NCBI GenBank assembly: GCA_964493715.1
Contig: CAZBPC010000008.1
Location: forward strand, 1-64,000
Reading direction: 5' to 3'
Origin: an uncultured archaeon
GTDB lineage: Archaea; Asgardarchaeota; Lokiarchaeia; Sigyniarchaeales; SOKP01
DNA: 64,000 nt
Every line of letters begins with the position of its first letter. Position 1 is the first letter of the stretch. Both the position numbers and the translations under genes were made by a program. The notes under the pieces are model-generated. The model was given only the letters and a program-made list of their open reading frames with translations. It was not told the DNA's origin and did no database searches. Below, piece after piece: positions 40,920 through 49,792 of the stretch.

Positions 40920-42248
40920 TCATTTTAAATGATCTGGTATAATTTGGTGCGCAATTAAATTACTGAATTTTTCTGCTTCCCTAATAATATGAATACATCC
41001 TCTATTTATCAAAATTTCAGCTGAACGTGTGCGTGAATTATAATTTGAGCTCATAGTAAAACCATATGCACCCGTATCAAGGATAGCAAGATATTCATCC
41101 TCTTTTAATTTAGAAAATTCGCGATCTTTCCCAAGAACGTCACCAGACTCACAAATTGGACCAACTATATCATATGTCAATATCTCATTTTCATTTCGAT
41201 TATCACACTTTATAATATGATGATATGAACCATATAGCATCGGTCTAATTAGAGTGTTAAATCCTGCATTCAATCCTGCAAACCTTTTATAACCATTATT
41301 CTTAATAGTATTAATCTGTGCTAAGATAATACTCGCTTCTGCTATTAAATACCGGCCAGGTTCCATCTTAAATTGTGGGTCACCCAAATTCCCATTTCTA
41401 ACAAACTTTTTAAACTTTCTTACAACAATCTTGACATAAACCTCTAGATTTAACGGATCATCTTTCGGGTTATAAGGTATTCCTAAACCCCCACCAAAAT
41501 CGATAAATTCGAACCTTATGTTTATTGTGTTTGTGATATTCTCAATAATTGCAAAAAATTTCTCAATAGCTGGTTCAAAATCAAGAGGATTAATTATTCC
41601 AGAACCAATATGAATATGAATTCCAAATTTCATGAAACCAAGATTCTTAGCTTTCAAATAAGCTTCGATAACTTGGTTGTCTAAAATTCCAAATTTGATG
41701 TTGTTTCCTGCCGTGATCGTATGAGGATGGTGTCCTGCTCCAAATTCTGGATTAATTCTAAATGATATAATTTTTTTTTCCTTTCCGAAATCATCAATTA
41801 TTTTCGCTAAGCGATCTAGTTGACTAATACTGTCTAAATTTACTAAAATATCGTGTTCAACAGCAAATTTAAAATCCTCGTCAGTAAACATGTTACCCGT
41901 AAACAATATTTTATCAGGAGATATTCCAGCTTTTAAACAAGTTCTTATTTCTCCTAAGGAAGTGCAATCAAAACTAGCTCCTTCAGATTTAAAAATTCTC
42001 AATATAGCCATATTTGAATTTGCTTTTACCGCAAAATGAATTTCATTATTCTTATATTCAAGATTAATGGCATTTTTTAATTTCTTATACCTATTTCGTA
42101 TCATTTGTTCATTATAGACATAAAGCGGAGTTCCATATTGGTTTACTAAGTCTAAAGCATTAACATCAGCAAAATATAAAATTCCTTTGCGATTTTCTAA
42201 ATCTTTATTTTTTAACCACGCTTCGTAATTCAATTTATTTACCTTCAT
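40920..42248 (-). CDS. lysA: Diaminopimelate decarboxylase
   Basis: FAVKAN, HIHIGS, DFGGG, EPGRY, GPICESGD, GAYG and MSSNYN motifs. Confidence 0.96.
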   Translation of the reverse strand: MKVNKLNYEAWLKNKDLENRKGILYFADVNALDLVNQYGTPLYVYNEQMIRNRYKKLKNAINLEYKNNEIHFAVKANSNMAILRIFKSEGASFDCTSLGEIRTCLKAGISPDKILFTGNMFTDEDFKFAVEHDILVNLDSISQLDRLAKIIDDFGKEKKIISFRINPEFGAGHHPHTITAGNNIKFGILDNQVIEAYLKAKNLGFMKFGIHIHIGSGIINPLDFEPAIEKFFAIIENITNTINIRFEFIDFGGGLGIPYNPKDDPLNLEVYVKIVVRKFKKFVRNGNLGDPQFKMEPGRYLIAEASIILAQINTIKNNGYKRFAGLNAGFNTLIRPMLYGSYHHIIKCDNRNENEILTYDIVGPICESGDVLGKDREFSKLKEDEYLAILDTGAYGFTMSSNYNSRTRSAEILINRGCIHIIREAEKFSNLIAHQIIPDHLK

Positions 42249-42259
42249 ATATTTGAATA

Positions 42260-43132
42260 TTAAAATTCAATTCGAGGGATTATCCCTTCAAAGACTTTCT
42301 CGGCTGGGCCTTCCATGAAGACGTTTTTTCCATCATAAGTAATAATCAAATCGCCTCCATCATTATGAACGGTCACGGGATTATTCTTTTTAAAAATCCC
42401 TAAAACCGTTCCTGCTACGACAGCAGCACAAGTACCTGTTCCGCAAGAATTCGTTATCCCGGCTCCTCTTTCAAAGACCCTTAAATTGGCTTCAGTTTCA
42501 GAAATTACTTTTACAAATTCCACATTGGTCTTTCTAGGAAAGCGCTCATTAGATTCAATCAAAGCCCCATATGTATTCAATTGCTCATTACTCAATAAAT
42601 TATCGATAAAAATGATAGCATGTGGGTTTCCCATTGAAACTGCGGTGAATTCAAAAATTTTATCTAATACAACTAACGATTCATTCACACACCGATTATT
42701 TAAACCACTTGCGATTACCGGAATGCTATCGCAATCTAAAATGGGAGGTCCCATGTTAATTTTCACAAACCTTACTTCCTCTCCTACAATAGTGAGTTTT
42801 GCTGTAATTATGCCTTTTAACGTCTCTATTTCCAAATAATCTTTTTTTATTATATTATGTTCATAAACATATTTTGCAAAACATCTAATTCCGTTACCAC
42901 ACATTTCGGCTTCTGAACCATCGGGATTAAACATTTTCATGCGAATATCTGCTTTTTTTGGATGACATACAAATAAAATACCATCTGCACCAATTGAAAA
43001 ATGAGGAGTACATAAAATTTGAGCCAGATCCTTTTTTTTCTCATCATTAATATCCCAATGTAGATTGTTAATGATAATGTAATCATTCCCTAATCCGTGG
43101 TGTTTTTCAAAATCGAGTTTTTCTAATTTCAT
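42260..43132 (-). CDS. dapF: Diaminopimelate epimerase
   Basis: HGLGNDY, EMCGNG, GNPH, ERGAG and SCGTG motifs. Confidence 0.96.
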   Translation of the reverse strand: MKLEKLDFEKHHGLGNDYIIINNLHWDINDEKKKDLAQILCTPHFSIGADGILFVCHPKKADIRMKMFNPDGSEAEMCGNGIRCFAKYVYEHNIIKKDYLEIETLKGIITAKLTIVGEEVRFVKINMGPPILDCDSIPVIASGLNNRCVNESLVVLDKIFEFTAVSMGNPHAIIFIDNLLSNEQLNTYGALIESNERFPRKTNVEFVKVISETEANLRVFERGAGITNSCGTGTCAAVVAGTVLGIFKKNNPVTVHNDGGDLIITYDGKNVFMEGPAEKVFEGIIPRIEF

Positions 43133-43225
43133 GATATGATTTAAATTAAATTTATCTTATTGAAAGATTAAATAGTCTATAACCATTATAATAATTTATA
43201 TTTCATTAAAATTTGTTATTCGATT

Positions 43226-43735
43226 ATGATGAAAAGGAAATTACTACTCTTATTAATGTTGGTTTTATTTGTCTTCATTCCGACAAGAACCTATGCATTT
43301 GATCATATCGATGAAATCAATAATGGAATCTCTGTTTTTTTTCTCATCGATCTAAATGCTTCTGAAACCATTGAAATTAATGTAACTCATACAGGAAGCG
43401 GAAATTTCGAGTTATTTTTATTTGATACTCGTCCTGTAGATTCCTATATCTATTATGATAATACTCTTAATCCTGAAATTTATAATCACGCAATAAATTA
43501 TAGCATCGGTGATAATCCATATATTAATTATACTGTAAGTTCACTTCGAATTTACTACATCCAATTGGTCTTATTAGAGAATGGACCAGACACCTTCATC
43601 CTATATTGTAATAAGGATTTAGTCAGATATTATCTTCCAACAATACCCGGCTATAATGTGGAATTGATTTTGTTAACACTTGTAGCATCCTTATCGATAA
43701 TCTTGATCTTTAGAAAGAAAAAGTTTAAGATCTAA
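43226..43735 (+). CDS. Secreted or surface protein with a Loki-CTERM-like sorting tail
   Basis: Signal peptide; C-terminal IPGY motif, TM helix and RKKKFK. Confidence 0.75.
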   Translation: MMKRKLLLLLMLVLFVFIPTRTYAFDHIDEINNGISVFFLIDLNASETIEINVTHTGSGNFELFLFDTRPVDSYIYYDNTLNPEIYNHAINYSIGDNPYINYTVSSLRIYYIQLVLLENGPDTFILYCNKDLVRYYLPTIPGYNVELILLTLVASLSIILIFRKKKFKI

Positions 43736-43875
43736 TTTCCAAGAAATTAAAAAATAATTTTTTTAATTCATAAACATAATTATTACGATATTGCTATTTT
43801 ATGAATCAGCAATGTATATATACTTATCCAACTAATTTTAATTGCAATTCATTTAATTAAAAAAGTGAAACATCC

Positions 43876-44496
43876 ATGAAATTGTATGATAAAATAAACG
43901 CTAGTTATTTTTCATTTATTGGATTGGTTATTTTTGTAATTGGTTTGGTTCCCGCGATAATAGTTCATACAGATTTTAGTTTCTTTGTCACTCATATAAG
44001 CCATCTTGGAACACCATCCAATGGATTATATATTTTCTTTAATACTTGCTGGTTCATAACTGGAATATTCATGATCTTCTTTCTATTAGGGTTCACCTAT
44101 TATTTAAAAGAAAAAGGAGCAAGTGGAAAAAGTGCTTGGATCTCTTTTATTTTCAGCTTTCTTTCAGCTGTTGGTATATTGGGATTATCAATTTTCAATA
44201 GCGAAGAAGCACCAGATATGCATCTTTTAGCCGAATATTTATTCTTCTTTACTGGTATATTATACTTATTTTTATATGCGGCAATCGAGAGAAAATTATC
44301 AGATTTTTCTAAGGTTCAAGTATTTTTTAACATCATCATATCATTGTTCTTCATTCTCTATTTGGTCATGATTATATTGGATAAAATAAATCCTGGATTT
44401 GCACCTGAATTTCAAGCCTTTTCCGAATGGTTATTCTTGTTTTCAAATCTGTTTTGGTTTCTCGAAAATGGATTTTACATGTTGAAACACAAATAA
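43876..44496 (+). CDS. DUF998/Frag1-like membrane protein
   Basis: About 6 TM segments; ISHLG, a conserved His and a late EW motif. Confidence 0.7.
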   Translation: MKLYDKINASYFSFIGLVIFVIGLVPAIIVHTDFSFFVTHISHLGTPSNGLYIFFNTCWFITGIFMIFFLLGFTYYLKEKGASGKSAWISFIFSFLSAVGILGLSIFNSEEAPDMHLLAEYLFFFTGILYLFLYAAIERKLSDFSKVQVFFNIIISLFFILYLVMIILDKINPGFAPEFQAFSEWLFLFSNLFWFLENGFYMLKHK

Positions 44497-44774
44497 TACT
44501 TTTCTTTTTATTTTAATTTTTAATGTATTATTAAATCGTTTTAAAATCTCGACAAAAAATAAGGTCATCTTGATCGTTTTCTAACATAAATAAATCCAAA
44601 TGATCAATTTGAATATTACCCTTTCAAAAAACCAATTTAAATGATTACTCAATTCGAAAAATCTTGTTGGGAATGTTTATATTTTTTTCAATAATTCCCT
44701 TATTATTAAAAATAATTTAACATCAAAAGTGATTTAATATTTCATTTGAAGATATTAGCAAAAAACTTGCTAAA

Positions 44775-45961
44775 TTGATGAAAGATACAGAAGAAATTGA
44801 GCTTAAAGATGTCGATTTGTTTGCTGAATACCTTGAGTTTCAAATGTTACCCCAGATGGTAGTCTCTGCCGCTCAAGCTACGTTACCAGGCATCGGAAAG
44901 GCTGAATGGAAAGATGTGAAGTTTAAACTTGACTTGAATTTTCCGGGTAAAATTGAAACTATTGAATTTGTTCGCTCTAAAGGCAAGAAAGTTACTATTG
45001 GAGGTGAAGTTGTGCCTCCTTTCTATAATTTTCTCGGACTTGATAAACGTAATCCCAATCCTCCACTTGTTACGTATGACGTATTCGATATGGGTTCTAA
45101 AATGATGCTTCCAAAACCCATTAAGCAAGAGTATGGAGAAGTATTACAACATCCTGCTGAATGGGCTAAATTCGCAGTTGATAAATTCGGTGCTCAATGC
45201 ATTACTTTTCACTCTCTTGAAATTGATCCTGCCATGGGTGATGCACCAGTAAGTCAATCCGTGAAATACTTAGAAGATATTTTACAAGCTGTAGATGTAC
45301 CCGTCATTATTGGATGTTCGGGTAATAAAAAGAAAGATAAAGAATTATTCGAAGCCACAGCTCCGATAACAGAAAGTGAAGTATTGATGTTATCTGCAGC
45401 AGATAAAGCCACCTGGGAGGATGTAATCCCCCTAGCAGTTAAATATGACCATAATTGCTTGTTATGGACGAGTTTGGACCTCAACAATCAAATTAAGATG
45501 AATAAAGATGCCCTTGAACTAGGACTCCCACGTAATAGGATTGTAATGGATCCTACCTGCGCAACAGCGTAATTTAAATCTCTTAAATTGCTGCGATTTT
45601 AGGCTACGGGATGGAGTATAGTTTTAGCATCTACCAAAGAATGCGAGTTGCTGGTCTTTTAGGTGAGGAAGATTTAGCTTACCCAATTAGTGGGGGAACA
45701 ACTAATGCTTGGGGAGCTCGTGAAGCATGGATGAGTGAAAAGAAAGTTCCTGAATGGGGTTTACGACAATATAGAGGTCCAATTTGGGAGATTATTAATG
45801 CTCTTTCATTAAGCCTGGTGGGTTTAGATTTAGCCATGATGTTCCATCCAGTTTCAGCTAAATATGTGAAAGAAATCACGAGTCAATTTTTTGCCGAAAT
45901 ACCTAAAGTAATGGACAATTTGGGATATTACGACTGGGTTTCTGCTCGTTTGAAAAAATAA
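44775..45961 (+). CDS. cdhD: CODH/acetyl-CoA synthase delta subunit (corrinoid Fe-S protein small subunit); join(44775..45565,45598..45961), about 384 aa after splicing
   Basis: VTIGGE, YDVFD, PAEWAK, VDVPVIIGCSG, IVMDPT in exon 1; LGYGMEYS, NAWGAREAW, RGPIWE, MFHP in exon 2. Removing 32 nt restores the frame. Confidence 0.9.
45566..45597 (+). other. Candidate bulge-helix-bulge (tRNA-endonuclease-type) intron in a protein-coding gene
   Basis: AGCGTAATTTAAATCTCTTAAATTGCTGCGAT. The 4-bp helix CGCA/TGCG is flanked by 3-nt bulges ACA and ATT; internal hairpin; contains an in-frame TAA. Confidence 0.85.
45917..45961 (+). repeat. 45-bp direct repeat, copy 1 (3' end of cdhD)
   Basis: Matches 47183-47227 at 42 of 45 positions. 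Confidence 0.92.
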
Positions 45962-46087
45962 TTTTTTTTCCAATTTTATTATATTATTAATTTAATCTTC
46001 TATTTTTATACCATTTATTCTACGTCATCTCTATGGTAAATTCATCCTATTAAAGCTATCATTTCTAAGATAATTTTTTCTGGATCA

Positions 46088-47059
46088 TCAGGACATAACA
46101 TTGGAATCCGGTCCTGAGTGAGAAAATGATTTTAAGGTTTCAAGTAATTGTCGTCCTTGTTCTCCTTCTTTCAATCTTATTTCGACCTTACAGGGGCATT
46201 TTTTTTTCCTTGCAAATAGTTCATCCGAATTCACTTTATAGTTAATCTTTTTGCCATCTCTTGATCCCCTTAAGTTTAACAAGTCTATTATAGGAAATGG
46301 ATAACCATAGGAATCTTCTGAGCATGAGCTATAGATATTTCTTGCTTTTTTTATGCTCACATTTGGCCCAATATCTAATAAAATTCTCCCAACAGATTCA
46401 TAAGGTATAATTTTTAACTTACCATGAGCGATGATTCTATGGGTGGTAACCAAAATGTATCCCGATCGTACCTTAAGAGAATAATTTTTAGGAATTTCTT
46501 GCATAATAGTTGCATCAAAATAATATATAATCTTCTCTCCGTTATTGAAACAATACTTTTCGAGGATATATGTATCCATCATCTTGATTCCTTCATTACC
46601 AAAAATCTTTATCAAATTATTTCGTAATTCGGAATAAAGGGCTATTTTAAAAAACTTGGGATTCAATTGAAAAACTTCTCCAACTATATCAAAAAATTCA
46701 TTATCAGAAAGAGAAGAATTGATTTTTAGATTGTATAATTGTTTGAGGATAACTTTTTTTGATGGTTTTGCTCGGCTTAGCTCATTTTTAATCATATCTA
46801 TTATCTGATTTTCATCCATTTTGCTAAGTGTATCAGTCCTATACTTCGGGAAACTAGGACTCTTTCGATATCTATTGAATAAGCACAAACCAATTACACC
46901 AATAAAAACTGAAGAAGGAATCATGACTCTTATTATAGGACTTCTAATGAAATCATAAGGATCCATAGATATTTTCGTGAAACCATAAACAATAATCGCA
47001 ATTGCTATAAAGAATAATATGGCCCCAATTTTAGCCTGTATTTTCAAACTATAATTCAC
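46088..47059 (-). CDS. Hypothetical protein with two N-terminal TM helices and a possible PH-like C-terminal domain
   Basis: 323-aa ORF; the EKII...GYILVTTHRII pattern recalls PH/GRAM strands. Lies between the direct repeats. Confidence 0.65.
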   Translation of the reverse strand: MNYSLKIQAKIGAILFFIAIAIIVYGFTKISMDPYDFIRSPIIRVMIPSSVFIGVIGLCLFNRYRKSPSFPKYRTDTLSKMDENQIIDMIKNELSRAKPSKKVILKQLYNLKINSSLSDNEFFDIVGEVFQLNPKFFKIALYSELRNNLIKIFGNEGIKMMDTYILEKYCFNNGEKIIYYFDATIMQEIPKNYSLKVRSGYILVTTHRIIAHGKLKIIPYESVGRILLDIGPNVSIKKARNIYSSCSEDSYGYPFPIIDLLNLRGSRDGKKINYKVNSDELFARKKKCPCKVEIRLKEGEQGRQLLETLKSFSHSGPDSNVMS

Positions 47060-47182
47060 TTAATGATTTTTTAAGAAAAAAGAGTATTTAAGGATTTCAC
47101 TCCGTTTTACCACTAAAAAAATCTTTTTACCGGGTAAATAAGAAATTTTAGTTGTAACTTTATGATTTTTTATCGAATTATG

Positions 47183-47227
47183 AATTTGGGTTATTACGAC
47201 TGGGTTTCCGCTCGTTTGAAGAAATAA
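47183..47227 (+). repeat. 45-bp direct repeat, copy 2 (orphan cdhD 3' end, NLGYYDWVSARLKK*)
   Basis: Three differences from copy 1, all synonymous third-position changes (GGA/GGT, TCT/TCC, AAA/AAG). Confidence 0.92.
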
Positions 47228-47365
47228 GAATTTATTTATTTTTTTTTTATCATTAGAATTCCAAGTTCTGAATTGTAGAATTTCAAATTTCGTTTATCTT
47301 CAGATAAATTTTTATCTTAACTTTACTTATTTCGTAATTAACATCAAACACTTTAGTGAAAATCA

Positions 47366-47830
47366 ATGGTAGAATTATCTCTAAAAAGCCCAACTTTTAA
47401 ACATATGGGTGAAATCCCGAGTAAATATACTTGTGAAGGAGAAAATATAAATCCTCCATTAGAAATATCTGGTGTGCCACAAAATGTAAAAAGTTTGGTT
47501 TTGATAATGGAAGATATTGATCCTCCAATTGGAGGAACAATAACTCATTGGGTTATTTGCCACCTAGATCCGAAAACTAATAAGATACTCGAAGGGGATT
47601 CATTAGAGAATGCAATTGTTGGAAAAAGAATGTTAGGGAAACATATGTATATGGGTCCTTGTCCTCCAAAAGGTCAGCACAGGTATGTCTTCAAATTGTT
47701 TTGTTTAGACGAAAAATTACCCTTAGATCCGAATAGTAATAAAAAGAAGGTATTGCAAGAAATTGAAGGTCATATTATTGAACAAACAAAACTAATAGGT
47801 GTTTATCAAAAAAAGAAAAAAACAAAATAA
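47366..47830 (+). CDS. YbhB/YbcL (PEBP/RKIP-like) protein
   Basis: KYTCEGENINPPL, DIDPP, THWV and YMGPCPP.G.HRY motifs. Confidence 0.92.
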   Translation: MVELSLKSPTFKHMGEIPSKYTCEGENINPPLEISGVPQNVKSLVLIMEDIDPPIGGTITHWVICHLDPKTNKILEGDSLENAIVGKRMLGKHMYMGPCPPKGQHRYVFKLFCLDEKLPLDPNSNKKKVLQEIEGHIIEQTKLIGVYQKKKKTK

Positions 47831-47927
47831 TAATCTCAAATATTCTCACATGGATGCAATCACAAGTTTTAAATATTCTATTTTATAGAGAAGATTGGTT
47901 AGATTTGTTTTGAGGGGGTTAAATAAT

Positions 47928-48035
47928 ATGAGAGCAATAAATCTTTATACTTATATTCTTACAATAATAGGATTTGCCGCTTTGTTTACTTTAGGCTATT
48001 TAGTCCTATTCTTTGCTAGTTTACTTTTTCATTAA
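47928..48035 (+). CDS. Small single-TM protein (35 aa)
   Basis: MRAINLYTYILTIIGFAALFTLGYLVLFFASLLFH*; strong SD-like GAGGGGG upstream. Confidence 0.5.
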   Translation: MRAINLYTYILTIIGFAALFTLGYLVLFFASLLFH

Positions 48036-48105
48036 AAATTGTGTTATTTAATGATCGCTCCTGCTCTTTAATCACTATTTAGACACTAAAATGTGAAAGG
48101 AAATT

Positions 48106-48732
48106 TCACGAGTTAATGTATTTCATTAATCTTTCCTTACCAAAAAATCGAACTTCTAAGAGGATTTTAAGAAAGAGATCCTGAGCTAAATCGTATTCAA
48201 TAAATTTCTTTTCATAATATCGATATTCTTTGGAGTGATTTAAATATTTTATATGTAAAATTTCATGATATAACAAATATTTGATTAAAAATTTTGGAGT
48301 ATTCTTAAAACTACTAGAAATTAGTATCTCATTTCGTAATTCCTGCTTTTTATTGGTTCTAAAATACTTCCCACCGATATGATACGTGATTCGAGAATTC
48401 CATTTAACTCTAACGGTATCCAATAATGACTTTTGCTCATTAGAAAATGTATCGAATATATAAGAATAATCTTTCTTGAGTTCTTTGATGAGTAAACGGA
48501 GATCTTCATTTGTATCATAGGATGTTCGGATAAAGTAGGGGAATGGAGTATTAATTTCTTCATTTTTAAATAAGATGCTGTATGAAACTCTGTACCTTTT
48601 ATTATTAACCAGTACCAAAGCTGTCTTTGGATTTTTTTTTAAAACAATGGCTTTGGTTAATTTTCCATTGGAATGGAAAAATACTACATCATTTACTTGT
48701 AAATTTTTTCTTTCAATCATGAAAATTCTCAA
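48106..48732 (-). CDS. SprT/YgjP-like zinc metallopeptidase
   Basis: YLLYHEILH...NHSKEY motif; KOW/SH3-like N-terminus. Confidence 0.7.
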   Translation of the reverse strand: MRIFMIERKNLQVNDVVFFHSNGKLTKAIVLKKNPKTALVLVNNKRYRVSYSILFKNEEINTPFPYFIRTSYDTNEDLRLLIKELKKDYSYIFDTFSNEQKSLLDTVRVKWNSRITYHIGGKYFRTNKKQELRNEILISSSFKNTPKFLIKYLLYHEILHIKYLNHSKEYRYYEKKFIEYDLAQDLFLKILLEVRFFGKERLMKYINS

Positions 48733-48821
48733 TAATTCATATTTTTACATACTTTTAATCTACACTCTTACTCATTTTAAAATTAGAAAAAGCTTTTAAA
48801 TTCTTTGAGTCAAAAAGTTTC

Positions 48822-49616
48822 TTATGGAAAGGACCTGAACAGGAGATCTTGAATTTTATTGCTAAGTTCTTTTGCCAAATCATAAACCATCTCATCGGGA
48901 GCATTTTCCAAGTATTCAGTCAGTTCATTTTGGATTACTGGTTGAATTTCCTTCATGACACTTTCAATAACTCCATGCTTTCTTAAATAATCACTTTTAT
49001 AGCATTGAATATAACTATTATTGAATTTTTTTAACCACTTCTTTCCTTTTAACTCAAGGCTCCTGAAAAGCTCTCTACTACATGTAGCATTGAAATTCTG
49101 AAACTCATAATCATGTGTAGTTAAATGTTCTTTTATATAAGAAATAACTTGAGTTTTTTCATTTGAATTTAAATTAGTATGAGAATTAAGCAAAACAATT
49201 ACCATGTATTTTTCAAATAAGAAGTATATCTGTACTTTAATATTTGAGCCATAAACTTCGAAATGTGATAAATTTTGGATGTTTATTTGACCAGCAATAG
49301 TTTTAATTGAACTAAAATACATTGAAATTAATTCTAAAAGATTCTCATCATCTTTAGAAAGATAAGATTTGATTGGACCATAATTTGAACCCTCTTCAGA
49401 ATTGTATTCAAAAACCATTAATGCATAACCATCAAAATTTGAGACAATTAGTCCAATTATAGGAGGTGTATCATTAAAATTACAACTACGATATGCTATT
49501 TCAATCAATGTTTTATCTATGATGCTATTGGTTTCTTGATAATTTTCCTTCAATTTTACATTAGATATTGGTTTACTCATTTGAAAAACCTGACTCACTA
49601 AAAATCCTTTAAACAT
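48822..49616 (-). CDS. Hypothetical protein with a possible Roadblock/longin-like domain
   Basis: IIGLIVSNFDGYALM...LISMYFSSI...beta-strand meander pattern. Confidence 0.55.
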   Translation of the reverse strand: MFKGFLVSQVFQMSKPISNVKLKENYQETNSIIDKTLIEIAYRSCNFNDTPPIIGLIVSNFDGYALMVFEYNSEEGSNYGPIKSYLSKDDENLLELISMYFSSIKTIAGQINIQNLSHFEVYGSNIKVQIYFLFEKYMVIVLLNSHTNLNSNEKTQVISYIKEHLTTHDYEFQNFNATCSRELFRSLELKGKKWLKKFNNSYIQCYKSDYLRKHGVIESVMKEIQPVIQNELTEYLENAPDEMVYDLAKELSNKIQDLLFRSFP

Positions 49617-49792
49617 TGTGATTTACATTTAATTCCATTAATAAGGAAGGACGGTATTTGTTTTGTGAGTTTAGTATTGTGTAGGTGATATGGATATAAT
49701 TTGATAAAAAGAATTTAAAAAGAAATCATAATTTTTGAATTAAGAGGCTAGAAAACTATCTTCTAAAAAAAATTAAATAAAAAAGTAGAAAT

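Noticed and set aside
45560-45611. Programmed frameshift or single-base sequencing error as the cause of the cdhD split
   Set aside because: The upstream frame stops at 45570-45572 while the downstream frame is blocked until TAA 45584-45586, and about 10 extra residues would fall inside a conserved motif.
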